Shown here: in pieces, positions 43,758 to 52,836 of the stretch
How the letters are laid out: each line of letters opens with the position of its first letter
Numbering within the stretch: the first letter of the stretch is position 1
Source of the DNA: an uncultured Pseudanabaenaceae cyanobacterium
Lineage (GTDB): Bacteria; Cyanobacteriota; Cyanobacteriia; PCC-9006; JAAUQQ01
Direction: 5' to 3'
Assembly (NCBI GenBank): GCA_938002085.1
Contig: CALLAT010000009.1
Coordinates: forward strand, 75,450-139,449
Length of the DNA stretch: 64,000 nt
The notes under the pieces: model-generated
What the model was told of the DNA's origin: nothing
The model's database searches: none
Seen by the model: the letters and a program-made list of their open reading frames with translations, nothing else
Position numbers and translations under genes: made by a program

Positions 43758-43997
43758 ATGAGCAAAGAGGAAACCCTGTCAAAAGTGCAAAAGATTGTCG
43801 CTGAACAACTCAGCGTCGATCTTGAAGAGGTCAAGGCCGAAGCAAGCTTCGCCAATGACCTTGGTGCCGACTCCCTTGACACTGTTGAGCTAGTGATGGC
43901 TCTGGAAGAAGAGTTCGAGATTGAAATTCCTGATGAAGCAGCTGAAGGGATCGCTACGGTCCAAGACGCCGTTAACTTCATTGAAGAAAAGGCCTAG
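43758..43997 (+). CDS. acpP: Acyl carrier protein
   Basis: [26 protein letters not shown] before ATG 43758. Confidence 0.97.
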   Translation: MSKEETLSKVQKIVAEQLSVDLEEVKAEASFANDLGADSLDTVELVMALEEEFEIEIPDEAAEGIATVQDAVNFIEEKA

Positions 43998-44366
43998 TCA
44001 ATAAGCTGCCATAGAACTGAACTCGAGCCATAAAAGGCTGTGCGGATGAAGTTAGGCCCTCAAGCTTGATTTTTCCCTTTCTTTTTCTATGTTGCTTTAA
44101 TTTCCTCAACCAAGCTGTTGTGTACCAACAACTTGGTTGAGACAGCTCACAAGGCTGTCAAGCTGAGGCCTTCCTCAGCTTTTTAGTTTTTAAGCCTGCG
44201 GTCTGTTGATCTGAACCATACTCTGCGACTTTAATCCCTGACTGGCCTTGCTTCGGTTGATTGACCAACTGAAATGACTAAGGCAAGGCTGGCGATCGCG
44301 AATATTGTTTCTGAAGGATTTGAACAGGCCCTTTCCAAGCTCCTATTTGGTTTGACTGAGAACCCT

Positions 44367-45623
44367 ATGACTGATTCTGCTGCTCGCCGCGTGGTCATCA
44401 CGGGCATGGGTGCCATCACCCCCATTGGCAATAACCTGGCCGATTACTGGGAAGGCTTGACCACTGGCCGGAATGGCATTGGTCTCATTACCCATTTTGA
44501 TGCCTCGGCCCATGCTTGCCGCATTGCGGGAGAAGTCAAAGGGTTTAAGCCAGAAGACTATATGGACCGAAAAGACGCGAAGCGAATGGACCGCTTCTCT
44601 CAATTTGGCGCGGCAGCAGCAAAGCAGGCTGTTAAAGATGCCGATCTAGACATCAATGATTCCAATGCGGAGCGCATTGGCGTACTGCTAGGCAGTGGCG
44701 TAGGCGGTCTCAAGGTGATGGAAGATCAACAGAAGATCTACCTCAACAAGGGACCCTCGCGCTGTAGCCCCTTTATGATTCCGATGATGATTGCCAATAT
44801 GGCGGCTGGCCTAACGGCGATTCAAATTGGAGCTAAGGGGCCTAACTCTTGCACGGTGACGGCCTGTGCCGCTGGAGCCAATGCCGTCGGGGATGCATTT
44901 CGGCAAATTAAGTGGAACTATGCCGATGCCATGGTTTGTGGAGGAACAGAGGCGGCGATTACACCTCTGGGCATGGCCGGATTTGCAGCTTGCCGAGCCT
45001 TGTCGAGCCGCAATGATGATCCTGAACATGCTTGCCGTCCCTTTGATGTGGGTCGCGATGGCTTTGTCATGGGCGAAGGCGCAGGCCTGCTGGTGCTTGA
45101 GGAGCTGGAGCATGCCAAGGCGCGTGGGGCTCGCATCTATGCAGAGGTTGTGGGCTATGGCATGACCTGTGATGCTTACCATATGACCCTGCCAGTGCCC
45201 GGTGGCTTAGGTGCAGCCCGAGCGATTGAGTTGGCGCTTGAGGATGCGGGTGTCAAACCAAGTGAAATCAGCTACATCAACGCCCACGGCACCAGCACCC
45301 CGGCTAACGATAAAACCGAGACGGCTGCCATTAAAAAGGCCCTGGGTGAAGACAATGCCCGCAAGGTCGCCATTAGCTCGACCAAATCCATGACCGGTCA
45401 CTTGCTGGGCGGTTCTGGTGGCATTGAAGCGGTGGCCACTGCTCTGGCGGTTTACCATGACCAGCTGCCTCCCACCATCAACATCGAAACTCCGGACCCA
45501 GAGTGTGACCTGGACTACGTCCCCCACACCTCCCGTGCCCAGACCGTGGATGTTGCCATCTCCAACTCCTTTGGATTTGGGGGCCACAATGTCACGCTGG
45601 TCATGCGCAAGTATTCTGGCTAA
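44367..45623 (+). CDS. fabF: Beta-ketoacyl-ACP synthase II
   Basis: RRVVITGMG, TACAAG, NAHGTST, SNSFGFGGHN. Confidence 0.96.
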   Translation: MTDSAARRVVITGMGAITPIGNNLADYWEGLTTGRNGIGLITHFDASAHACRIAGEVKGFKPEDYMDRKDAKRMDRFSQFGAAAAKQAVKDADLDINDSNAERIGVLLGSGVGGLKVMEDQQKIYLNKGPSRCSPFMIPMMIANMAAGLTAIQIGAKGPNSCTVTACAAGANAVGDAFRQIKWNYADAMVCGGTEAAITPLGMAGFAACRALSSRNDDPEHACRPFDVGRDGFVMGEGAGLLVLEELEHAKARGARIYAEVVGYGMTCDAYHMTLPVPGGLGAARAIELALEDAGVKPSEISYINAHGTSTPANDKTETAAIKKALGEDNARKVAISSTKSMTGHLLGGSGGIEAVATALAVYHDQLPPTINIETPDPECDLDYVPHTSRAQTVDVAISNSFGFGGHNVTLVMRKYSG

Positions 45624-46027
45624 GGTTTGCTGCTCTGAAGCCTTTTTGAGCCTGCTCAGCAGACAAATGTTACGTCTAGACTCGCTCAATCGAACCTTGG
45701 CCCTGGAATACAGGCTGTATCTGGTTCGAGAGGCTGGCCAAGACTCTGTCAGGACTCGCTGAAGATAGAATTCTGAAGCAAATTTTACAGAAATCTCCCG
45801 GCTTCACACTTGTTCATCATCTCCGTCGATGGAATGATGACCATAAGGACATTTAATTATTAGTGCGGTTTTCCTGCTGAGCTTCAGTGTGGAATCGTCA
45901 ATCGCCAAAAAGCAATCGCGAGCGATCGCGGTCCGGGGCATCCCTGGCGTTCTCTCGGGGCGTTCCCTGAGACGACCTAAGGCACCCAAGCCCCTCACCC
46001 ACCCAATCACGTTAGGTAGTTACAAAT

Positions 46028-48022
46028 ATGGTTGCTGCAACCCAATCTTTAGAAGAACTCTGCATTAATTCGGTGCGCTTTTTGGCGATCGATGGCGTTG
46101 AGAAGGCCAAGTCTGGCCACCCCGGTCTGCCCATGGGTGCAGCCCCCATGTGCTTTGTCCTCTGGGACAAGTTCATGCAGTTCAACCCCAAGAATCCTAA
46201 CTGGGTGAACCGCGATCGCTTTGTCCTGTCCGCAGGTCATGGCTCCATGCTCCAGTACGCCCTGCTCTACCTGACGGGCTATGACAGCGTGACGATGGAA
46301 GATCTCAAGCAGTTCCGTCAGTGGGGCTCCCGCACCCCTGGCCACCCCGAGAACTTTGAGACCAAGGGTGTGGAAGTGACCACCGGTCCTTTGGGCCAGG
46401 GCATTTGCAACGGTGTTGGCTTGGCCATGGCTGAAGCTCACCTCGCGGCTAAATTCAACAAGCCGGATTGCAGCATCATTGACCACTACACCTATGTGTT
46501 GATGGGTGATGGTTGCAACATGGAAGGTATCTCTGGCGAGGCCTGCTCCTTAGCCGGTCACCTGGGCTTGGGCAAGCTGATTGCGCTCTATGACGATAAC
46601 CACATCTCCATTGATGGCGACACCACTGTGTCCTTCACCGAGGATGTGGGCAAGCGCTACGAAGCCTATGGCTGGCAGGTCATCGTTGTAGGTAATGGCG
46701 ACACCGACACCGCTTCCATCGAAGCAGCAATTAAGGAAGCGAAGGCAAACACCGAACAGCCCACCTTAATCAAGGTTCGCACCACCATTGGCTTTGGCTC
46801 TCCTAACCGTCAAGGTACCGCCGGTATCCACGGTGCAGCCCTAGGTGCTGAGGAAATCGAAGCCACCAAGAAGAACTTGGGTTGGGAGCATGGTTCCTTT
46901 GAAGTGCCTGACGACGCGCTGGCTCACTGGCGCAAGGCGATTGATCGCGGTGCCAGTGCAGAAGCTGAATGGGACAAGACCTTTGCAACCTACAAGGGCA
47001 AGTATGCGGCTGAGGCGGCTGAGTTTGAGCGCCAAATCAGCGGCAAGTTGCCTGATGGTTGGGAGAAGTGCCTGCCCACCTACACCCCTGAGGACAAGCC
47101 TTTAGCGACTCGCAAGACCTCGGAGATTACGCTGAACGCGATCGCCGAAGCAGTCCCCGAGCTCGTTGGCGGTTCTGCTGACCTGACCCACTCAAACCTC
47201 ACCTACCTGAAGTGCTCCACGGACTTCCAGAAGGGTGCCTACGGGGGGCGTAACTTACGTTTTGGTGTGCGTGAGCATGGCATGGGCGCGATTTGCAACG
47301 GCATTTCCCTCCATGGCACCGGCCTGATTCCTTTCGACGCGACCTTCCTGGTATTTGCTGATTACATGCGCGGTGCCATCCGCCTGTCGGCTCTGTCCCA
47401 GTGCCAGGTCATCCATGTCATGACCCATGACTCCATCGCCCTAGGCGAAGATGGTCCTACCCACCAGCCTGTGGAAACCGTTGCTTCCCTGCGCGTGATT
47501 CCTAACCTGTTGGTCTTCCGTCCTGCGGATGGTAACGAGACCTCTGGTGCTTATAAGGTGGCGATCGAGCGCCGCAAAGAGTCTTCCATCATGGCCATGA
47601 CTCGTCAGGGTCTGCCCCAGTTGGCCGGTTCTTCCATTGAGGGTGTGGCTAAAGGTGCTTACACCGTCGTCGATTGCGATGGCACACCTGATTTGGTGAT
47701 GCTGGCGACGGGTAGTGAAGTCAGCCTCTGCGTTAATGCTGCCAAGGAAATGGGTGGCAAGATTCGTGTGGTTTCCATGCCCTGCCGCGAGCTGTTCGAA
47801 GAGCAGGATGAGGCTTATCGCACTTCCATTCTGCCCGCAGGCGTTAAGCGTCTAGTGGTTGAAGCTGGCACCACCTACGGTTGGGGCAAGTATGCAGGCG
47901 ACACTGGCGACATCATTGGCGTTGATACCTTCGGTGCTTCCGCACCCGGTGGCAAGATTATGGAAGAGTTTGGCTTCACGGTGGCTAACGTTGTTGCTAA
48001 AGCGAAGGCGTTGATCGGCTAG
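46028..48022 (+). CDS. tkt: Transketolase
   Basis: [37 protein letters not shown]. Confidence 0.97.
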   Translation: MVAATQSLEELCINSVRFLAIDGVEKAKSGHPGLPMGAAPMCFVLWDKFMQFNPKNPNWVNRDRFVLSAGHGSMLQYALLYLTGYDSVTMEDLKQFRQWGSRTPGHPENFETKGVEVTTGPLGQGICNGVGLAMAEAHLAAKFNKPDCSIIDHYTYVLMGDGCNMEGISGEACSLAGHLGLGKLIALYDDNHISIDGDTTVSFTEDVGKRYEAYGWQVIVVGNGDTDTASIEAAIKEAKANTEQPTLIKVRTTIGFGSPNRQGTAGIHGAALGAEEIEATKKNLGWEHGSFEVPDDALAHWRKAIDRGASAEAEWDKTFATYKGKYAAEAAEFERQISGKLPDGWEKCLPTYTPEDKPLATRKTSEITLNAIAEAVPELVGGSADLTHSNLTYLKCSTDFQKGAYGGRNLRFGVREHGMGAICNGISLHGTGLIPFDATFLVFADYMRGAIRLSALSQCQVIHVMTHDSIALGEDGPTHQPVETVASLRVIPNLLVFRPADGNETSGAYKVAIERRKESSIMAMTRQGLPQLAGSSIEGVAKGAYTVVDCDGTPDLVMLATGSEVSLCVNAAKEMGGKIRVVSMPCRELFEEQDEAYRTSILPAGVKRLVVEAGTTYGWGKYAGDTGDIIGVDTFGASAPGGKIMEEFGFTVANVVAKAKALIG

Positions 48023-48056
48023 GTTTATTTCTAGGACTAACGTTTGGTTCCAATAG

Positions 48057-48090
48057 AAAGGGCCTTGGCTATAGCAGCCAAGGCCCTTTT
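48057..48090 (+). terminator. Intrinsic terminator after tkt
   Basis: AAAGGGCCTTGGCT...AGCCAAGGCCCTTTT. Confidence 0.75.
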
Positions 48091-48188
48091 GCATTTTTGG
48101 TGGTTGCTATAGGTGAGGATTTGCTAGAAAAACGACTGACTTTGGTTTAGCGCCTTACGATAGATTCAGTCCGCGCTGTTCTGCTGTT

Positions 48189-48944
48189 ATGACCCCAGTA
48201 CCCGAAACCTGTTCCCATAGTGGAGATCTCCACAGTACCCATGCCCATGGTGAGCATCAGGGAGAGACCTGTAATCATTCCTTGATTGCGAGTGATCTCT
48301 CCAAGCAAAAAGTCCAGCGCTTACTCTGGGTCGCGGGCTTAGTTCTTAGCTTTGCCATTTTAGAAATTGGTGTTGGGGTTTGGAGCCACAGCGTTGCCCT
48401 GTTTGCCGATGCGGGACATTTGATTGTGGACTGCGGTGCGGTGTTGTTGGCGTTGGGCGCAGCTTGGTGGAGTCAGCGTCAGCAACAAACTCAGCCTGAT
48501 CTCGTTCAGGATAGAACCGTGGAGACTTGGGCAGCTTTGCTCAATGGTGTGGCCTTGGTGGCGATCGCCCTTTGGGTCGGTTATGAAGCGATCGAATCCC
48601 TTCGCGCTCCCCCCGTCGAAATCCTCAGCTTACCAATGCTAATCACCGCTACTGTGGGCCTGAGCGTGAATAGCCTCAACGCAAAACTGTTGCATCAGCA
48701 TAGTCATGATGACTTGAATGTGAGAGGAGTGCTGTTGCATGCGATCGCCGATGCAGCCAGCTCCTGCGGCATCTTAATCGCGGCGCTGGCAATCTACCTG
48801 TTGCATTGGCAACGAGCTGATGGAATCGTCAGCCTTGCCGTGGCAGGGTTTATTCTGATCGGTGCCATTCCACTCATCCTAGCGAGCATGAAGCAGCTGA
48901 ATGAGCCTGAACAACTTATATCTCAAAGCAGCACTGAGCCTTAG
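48189..48944 (+). CDS. Cation diffusion facilitator (CzcD/ZitB-like) transporter
   Basis: His-rich N-terminus; SVALFADAGH..D and NVRGVLLHAIADA metal-site motifs. Confidence 0.87.
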   Translation: MTPVPETCSHSGDLHSTHAHGEHQGETCNHSLIASDLSKQKVQRLLWVAGLVLSFAILEIGVGVWSHSVALFADAGHLIVDCGAVLLALGAAWWSQRQQQTQPDLVQDRTVETWAALLNGVALVAIALWVGYEAIESLRAPPVEILSLPMLITATVGLSVNSLNAKLLHQHSHDDLNVRGVLLHAIADAASSCGILIAALAIYLLHWQRADGIVSLAVAGFILIGAIPLILASMKQLNEPEQLISQSSTEP

Positions 48945-48975
48945 TTTCAGGCTGAATGGCTGGGAGTAGGCAAGG

Positions 48976-50148
48976 TTAATTCCCTGAACTAATCAGTGCG
49001 ACCTGTTCAATCAGCTTGCCTTTGACCAGGCGTTTGGCGACACCGCCGGGAATGATGCCGTAGATGGCGCTGCCATTGGTGTAGATGAGGCGATCGCCAG
49101 CTGCGACATGGAAGGCTAGGATGCCTCGGGCGATCGCTTCTGCATCCTGTCCAGGCCGTTGCCGGATCAACTCCCAACTGCGGGGCACGAGGGCAGGGGA
49201 GTCTTCATCATCAAAGCGTTGGTTGCGCTTGGCTTCTTCGTTGGTGTTGATGGGCTGTCCCCAAATCAAGGCATTGCCTGAACCTTGGGCCTGGGGTTTG
49301 GATGGCTTGGCTAATCCCTTGCCGGTAAACATTCGAGTAAAGGCATTGAGAAATTCAAAGATGGCATAGGCCAAACGAAAGGGCATCAACAGAATGTCCT
49401 TGAGAATTTGGAAAATGCCTAGGGGCTTAATAGCTTTGTAGGGACGACGGATGTAGTAAAGCGTTCCGTCGGTGGTGAGTTGGGGGGCGAGGTAATCCCA
49501 ATTGGGATCTTCGGCCAGGGTGTCTACGGTTTTAGCTTCTAGGTCGAGCTGTTCGATGCAGAAGGGCCCTTGGGCCAGCATGGCACCATCGTCATTGCGA
49601 GCAATGCCTGCGGATTGGAAGACGAGGGCCTGCTTTTTGCCAGGAACCCAAGCGGGGGCTAGATCAACGGAATCGCCGGAGGTGAGCTCTTGGGGGCGAA
49701 TGCCGTCGGCTTTCATGGTGGCGATGTTGCTCTCGCCGCTGGGGTAGGCGACGCAGCAGGCGACCAGGGATTCTGCTGGGTTGTAGTTGAGGTGCTGGAC
49801 GGTGAATTCGGCGCTGTGGAAGAGGCGTTTTTCTTTATTTTGGTGGGTGTCGAAGGAGAAGATTCCGCCCATTTCGTCGCTTGAGAGGGCGTAGAAGAGA
49901 GTGCCCTCTTGGCCTGCACAAATGTCCGTGAGCTTGATAGGGAGGTTCGTTTCCTCGTCTTGGCGCGTGCTGAGGGGCGTCATGCTGGCCATTTCGGCGG
50001 TGCTGCGTTTCCAGGCATCGCGGCGCTGCATTTGGCGGCGAGTGTTCTTGGCGGCTTCGGCAAATTCGCTATCTACGGTGCGCACTGCGGCATTGCCTTG
50101 CTTGAGGTGAAGCTTGCCGCCGGAGAGGTAGGCGATGTCGAAGGACAT
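48976..50148 (-). CDS. Hypothetical protein, possible TolB-like beta-propeller
   Basis: Long ORF with LTSGDSVDLAPAW and LAPQLTTDGTLYY repeat-like segments. Confidence 0.6.
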   Translation of the reverse strand: MSFDIAYLSGGKLHLKQGNAAVRTVDSEFAEAAKNTRRQMQRRDAWKRSTAEMASMTPLSTRQDEETNLPIKLTDICAGQEGTLFYALSSDEMGGIFSFDTHQNKEKRLFHSAEFTVQHLNYNPAESLVACCVAYPSGESNIATMKADGIRPQELTSGDSVDLAPAWVPGKKQALVFQSAGIARNDDGAMLAQGPFCIEQLDLEAKTVDTLAEDPNWDYLAPQLTTDGTLYYIRRPYKAIKPLGIFQILKDILLMPFRLAYAIFEFLNAFTRMFTGKGLAKPSKPQAQGSGNALIWGQPINTNEEAKRNQRFDDEDSPALVPRSWELIRQRPGQDAEAIARGILAFHVAAGDRLIYTNGSAIYGIIPGGVAKRLVKGKLIEQVALISSGN

Positions 50149-50222
50149 GACTCGGAGTTTTGATAGGGCTAAACCCATTATTCCCTAGCTAGGGAAAGGA
50201 GCAGTCGTATCAAAGTAGATGG

Positions 50223-50567
50223 TTATGGTTCGAGCTGGCTGAGGCGGGTTTCGAGGCTTTGGATGTCTTGCTTGAGTTCGATGACGAGGTTGGCCAGGTT
50301 TTGAAGTTGGGGGTCGCTGGTGCTGGTGCTGCGTTGGGGGACGGGAGTAGGAGGCGTAGGGGATTGGCGAGGGGAGGGAGGTTGCAATCGCAGTTGCCCC
50401 ATTTCTCGCTGAAGCTGACGCAGGCCGATTTCCAGGTTGGCGACTTTGCCGTCTAGGTGGGAGTTGTTGATGGTGGGAAAGTCGTTGTGGGCCAGGCTGC
50501 GGCTGGCAAATAGCAGCAGGCAGAGGCTGACTAGGCTGATCCAGAACCAGCGATTGAGTTGTTTCAT
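50223..50567 (-). CDS. Small secreted coiled-coil hypothetical protein
   Basis: Signal peptide, coiled coil, Pro-rich linker, LANLVIELKQ. Confidence 0.7.
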   Translation of the reverse strand: MKQLNRWFWISLVSLCLLLFASRSLAHNDFPTINNSHLDGKVANLEIGLRQLQREMGQLRLQPPSPRQSPTPPTPVPQRSTSTSDPQLQNLANLVIELKQDIQSLETRLSQLEP

Positions 50568-50615
50568 GGCATTCGCTTAAAGGTCGCTTTAGGTTTGCGT
50601 TGAAGGCTTCTTGTT

Positions 50616-51689
50616 TTATTCGGTTGATTCAGTCTCGCTGAGTTCGATGGTGGCTAATTCTGCTTCAAGTTCTTCGATGCTGGGTAGGGCATTGCGTAGG
50701 GCTTCGGGGAGCTCTTGCTTGTACTGGGAAATGGCGATCGCCTTGTTCACGTCTCGCAGTGAATATTCGGCAACGGCTCGATTGCGTGATTTGCAGAGGA
50801 TTAGGCCAATGGTTGGGGCATCATCGGGGTGTCGGAGGAGGCCATCCACTGCTGAAACATAGAAGCCCATTTTGCCGGAATATTCGGGTTTGAACGCGGT
50901 CATTTTGAGGTCAATTACGACGTAGCAGCGCAATTGGAGGTGGTAGAACAGGAGGTCAATATAGAAGTCATCGCCGCCTATTTCGAGGTGATGTTGACTG
51001 CCAACGAAGGCAAAGCCGACGCCCAGTTCCAGGAGGAATTGGCGGATATGAGTCAGGAGGGCTTTCTCTAGATCTCGTTCCTGTGCTTCTGGCCCCAAGC
51101 TCAAGAAGTCGAAGGAATAGGGGTCTTTGAGTAGCTGTTGGGCTAGCTCGGACTGGGGCTGGGTTAAGGTGGCTTCAAAGTTAGAGATTGCTTTACCCTG
51201 TCGCTGGTAAAGTTGTGTTTCAATCTGGTGTTCTAAGATGGCTCGACTCCATCCATAGGCGATGGTTTGCTCCACGTACCAAAGACGCTCATTGGGGTCG
51301 CCTACCTTATCCAACAGCCGCACGTTGTGACCCCAAGGAATTTGTCCAACAGTCTGTTGGACGATTGACTCATCAGGCCAAGCTGTAGCGAAGGCTCTCA
51401 TGTACAGAAGGTTGGTGCGGGAGAATCCCTTCATCTCGGGGAATGCCTGCTTTAAGTCTTTGGCTAGGCGAGTGATGACTTTGGAGCCCCAGCCCTCTTG
51501 TCCCTGGCGCGACAGAATTTCTTGGCCGATTTGCCAATACAGCAGTACGAGTTCTTGGTTGACGGCCAGTGCTGCCCGCACTTGGGCGGATTGAATGCGG
51601 CTTTTCAGCGTTTGCAGAAGCTGGTTGTAGTCTGGGGGCAGTATTTCAAATGCCATTGCGTTGTGGTCTTGCTGCGAGCTTAGTTCCAT
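50616..51689 (-). CDS. DUF1016 / YhcG PD-(D/E)XK nuclease-domain protein
   Basis: LYWQIGQEI, GWGSKVI, KDPYSFDFL, FLLELG.GFAFVG.Q, IDLLFYH, VIDLK. Confidence 0.9.
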   Translation of the reverse strand: MELSSQQDHNAMAFEILPPDYNQLLQTLKSRIQSAQVRAALAVNQELVLLYWQIGQEILSRQGQEGWGSKVITRLAKDLKQAFPEMKGFSRTNLLYMRAFATAWPDESIVQQTVGQIPWGHNVRLLDKVGDPNERLWYVEQTIAYGWSRAILEHQIETQLYQRQGKAISNFEATLTQPQSELAQQLLKDPYSFDFLSLGPEAQERDLEKALLTHIRQFLLELGVGFAFVGSQHHLEIGGDDFYIDLLFYHLQLRCYVVIDLKMTAFKPEYSGKMGFYVSAVDGLLRHPDDAPTIGLILCKSRNRAVAEYSLRDVNKAIAISQYKQELPEALRNALPSIEELEAELATIELSETESTE

Positions 51690-51800
51690 CTACAACGCTT
51701 AGGTGCTAAGCCAGGAACTTAAGGATATGGTTCTTAGCCCTGTTCTAGCTGGAGCATGTTCTCGTTTAATAGATCCTAATGCTAAAGAATAGCTCTAGCA

Positions 51801-51834
51801 AGACACCCGGTGTTTCGAAAAACACCGGGTGTCT
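51801..51834. repeat. Palindromic hairpin downstream of the duplicated aspS 3' end
   Basis: AGACACCCGGTGTTT-CGAA-AAACACCGGGTGTCT, a perfect 15-bp stem. Confidence 0.85.
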
Positions 51835-51855
51835 GAAGCAGAAGCTTATGCTCGA

Positions 51856-52086
51856 CTATTCTTCGTCTTCCTCAGTCTTAGGAACGTAGGTGGACTTCAC
51901 CTCCAGCTCCTCCAACTGCGCGTCATCCACATTGGACGGTGCATCGGTGAGGAGGCAGCGGGCTTGATGGGTCTTGGGGAAGGCGATGGTGTCACGGATG
52001 GACTCGGAGCCGTTCATCAGCATAGTGATGAGAGCGATGACGCGGGGGCTGTACTTAAAAGAGTTGAACAGCAAGCTGAATTTCCC
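51856..52086 (-). pseudogene. aspS: Duplicated 3' end of aspS (fragment)
   Basis: 51856-52023 matches 52837-53004 at 155/168 nt; similarity decays with indels up to ~52086. Confidence 0.9.
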
Positions 52087-52216
52087 TAATTTTGTTGTCG
52101 CTCAATAAGATCGCCTCGAAGGCTTTCTCATGACCCTATCGTTATAATTTGAGCTTGCAATAATTTGAACTCAAGGAAATTAATTTTGAAAAAACGTCTA
52201 CCAGTAGGTCTCGCTG

Positions 52217-52708
52217 ATGTCCCCTGATCTTAACTATATAGTCCCTGGTCCTGTCCCTCCTGATAATGATGCTCTTAAGGCAAGTGCTGCAGCTTTAGCC
52301 GCTATTCAAGTTCTTGCTAAGAAGCAGCTGGAAATTGTAGAGCGCCAGGAACAGGCCAATGTTCAGAAAGAAAAGGCTAACGACAAAGCCGCCCGGCGCT
52401 CAATGCTGCTTACTTTGCTGAGCTTGGGAATTGCAACTGTTAGCTTTATGGGCACAGCCTGGGCGTCCTGGGCTGATTGGCGAGGGGATGCTGTGTGGCA
52501 ATCGGAGCAGGTGACAGAACTACAAGCTGCGAATGAACAATTGGAGAAAATGCTGGAGCTTCAAGTCGAGGTTCGAGCTGAACAACAGCGGCAGATTGAG
52601 GAGTTATTGAAGGCGATCTCCGCACAAAATTCCGAGGGGAGCAATGCCGACTCAGCTGCTGGTCAATCCTCAAATCCTGAGTCACGACAGGTCGTAGAGA
52701 ATCAATAG
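52217..52708 (+). CDS. Hypothetical single-TM coiled-coil protein
   Basis: 163-aa ORF with one hydrophobic segment, lying between the two aspS 3' ends. Confidence 0.65.
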   Translation: MSPDLNYIVPGPVPPDNDALKASAAALAAIQVLAKKQLEIVERQEQANVQKEKANDKAARRSMLLTLLSLGIATVSFMGTAWASWADWRGDAVWQSEQVTELQAANEQLEKMLELQVEVRAEQQRQIEELLKAISAQNSEGSNADSAAGQSSNPESRQVVENQ

Positions 52709-52776
52709 TCTTTATTTCTCTTTCATGGATATATTGACTCGATGGGGAAGCCCTAGAGCCCTAGAGGCAAGAAGTA

Positions 52777-52811
52777 AGATCCCCCGATGCTGTCAAAGCA
52801 TCGGGGGATCT
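52777..52811. repeat. Palindromic hairpin downstream of aspS (terminator-like)
   Basis: AGATCCCCCGATGCT-GTCAA-AGCATCGGGGGATCT, a perfect 15-bp stem. Confidence 0.85.
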
Positions 52812-52836
52812 GTTGTCTAGAAGCTTGACCTAACGA

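Noticed and set aside
49690..50570. Local G-rich skew on the + strand
   Set aside because: Explainable by C-ending codon preference of minus-strand genes; not quantified well enough by eye.
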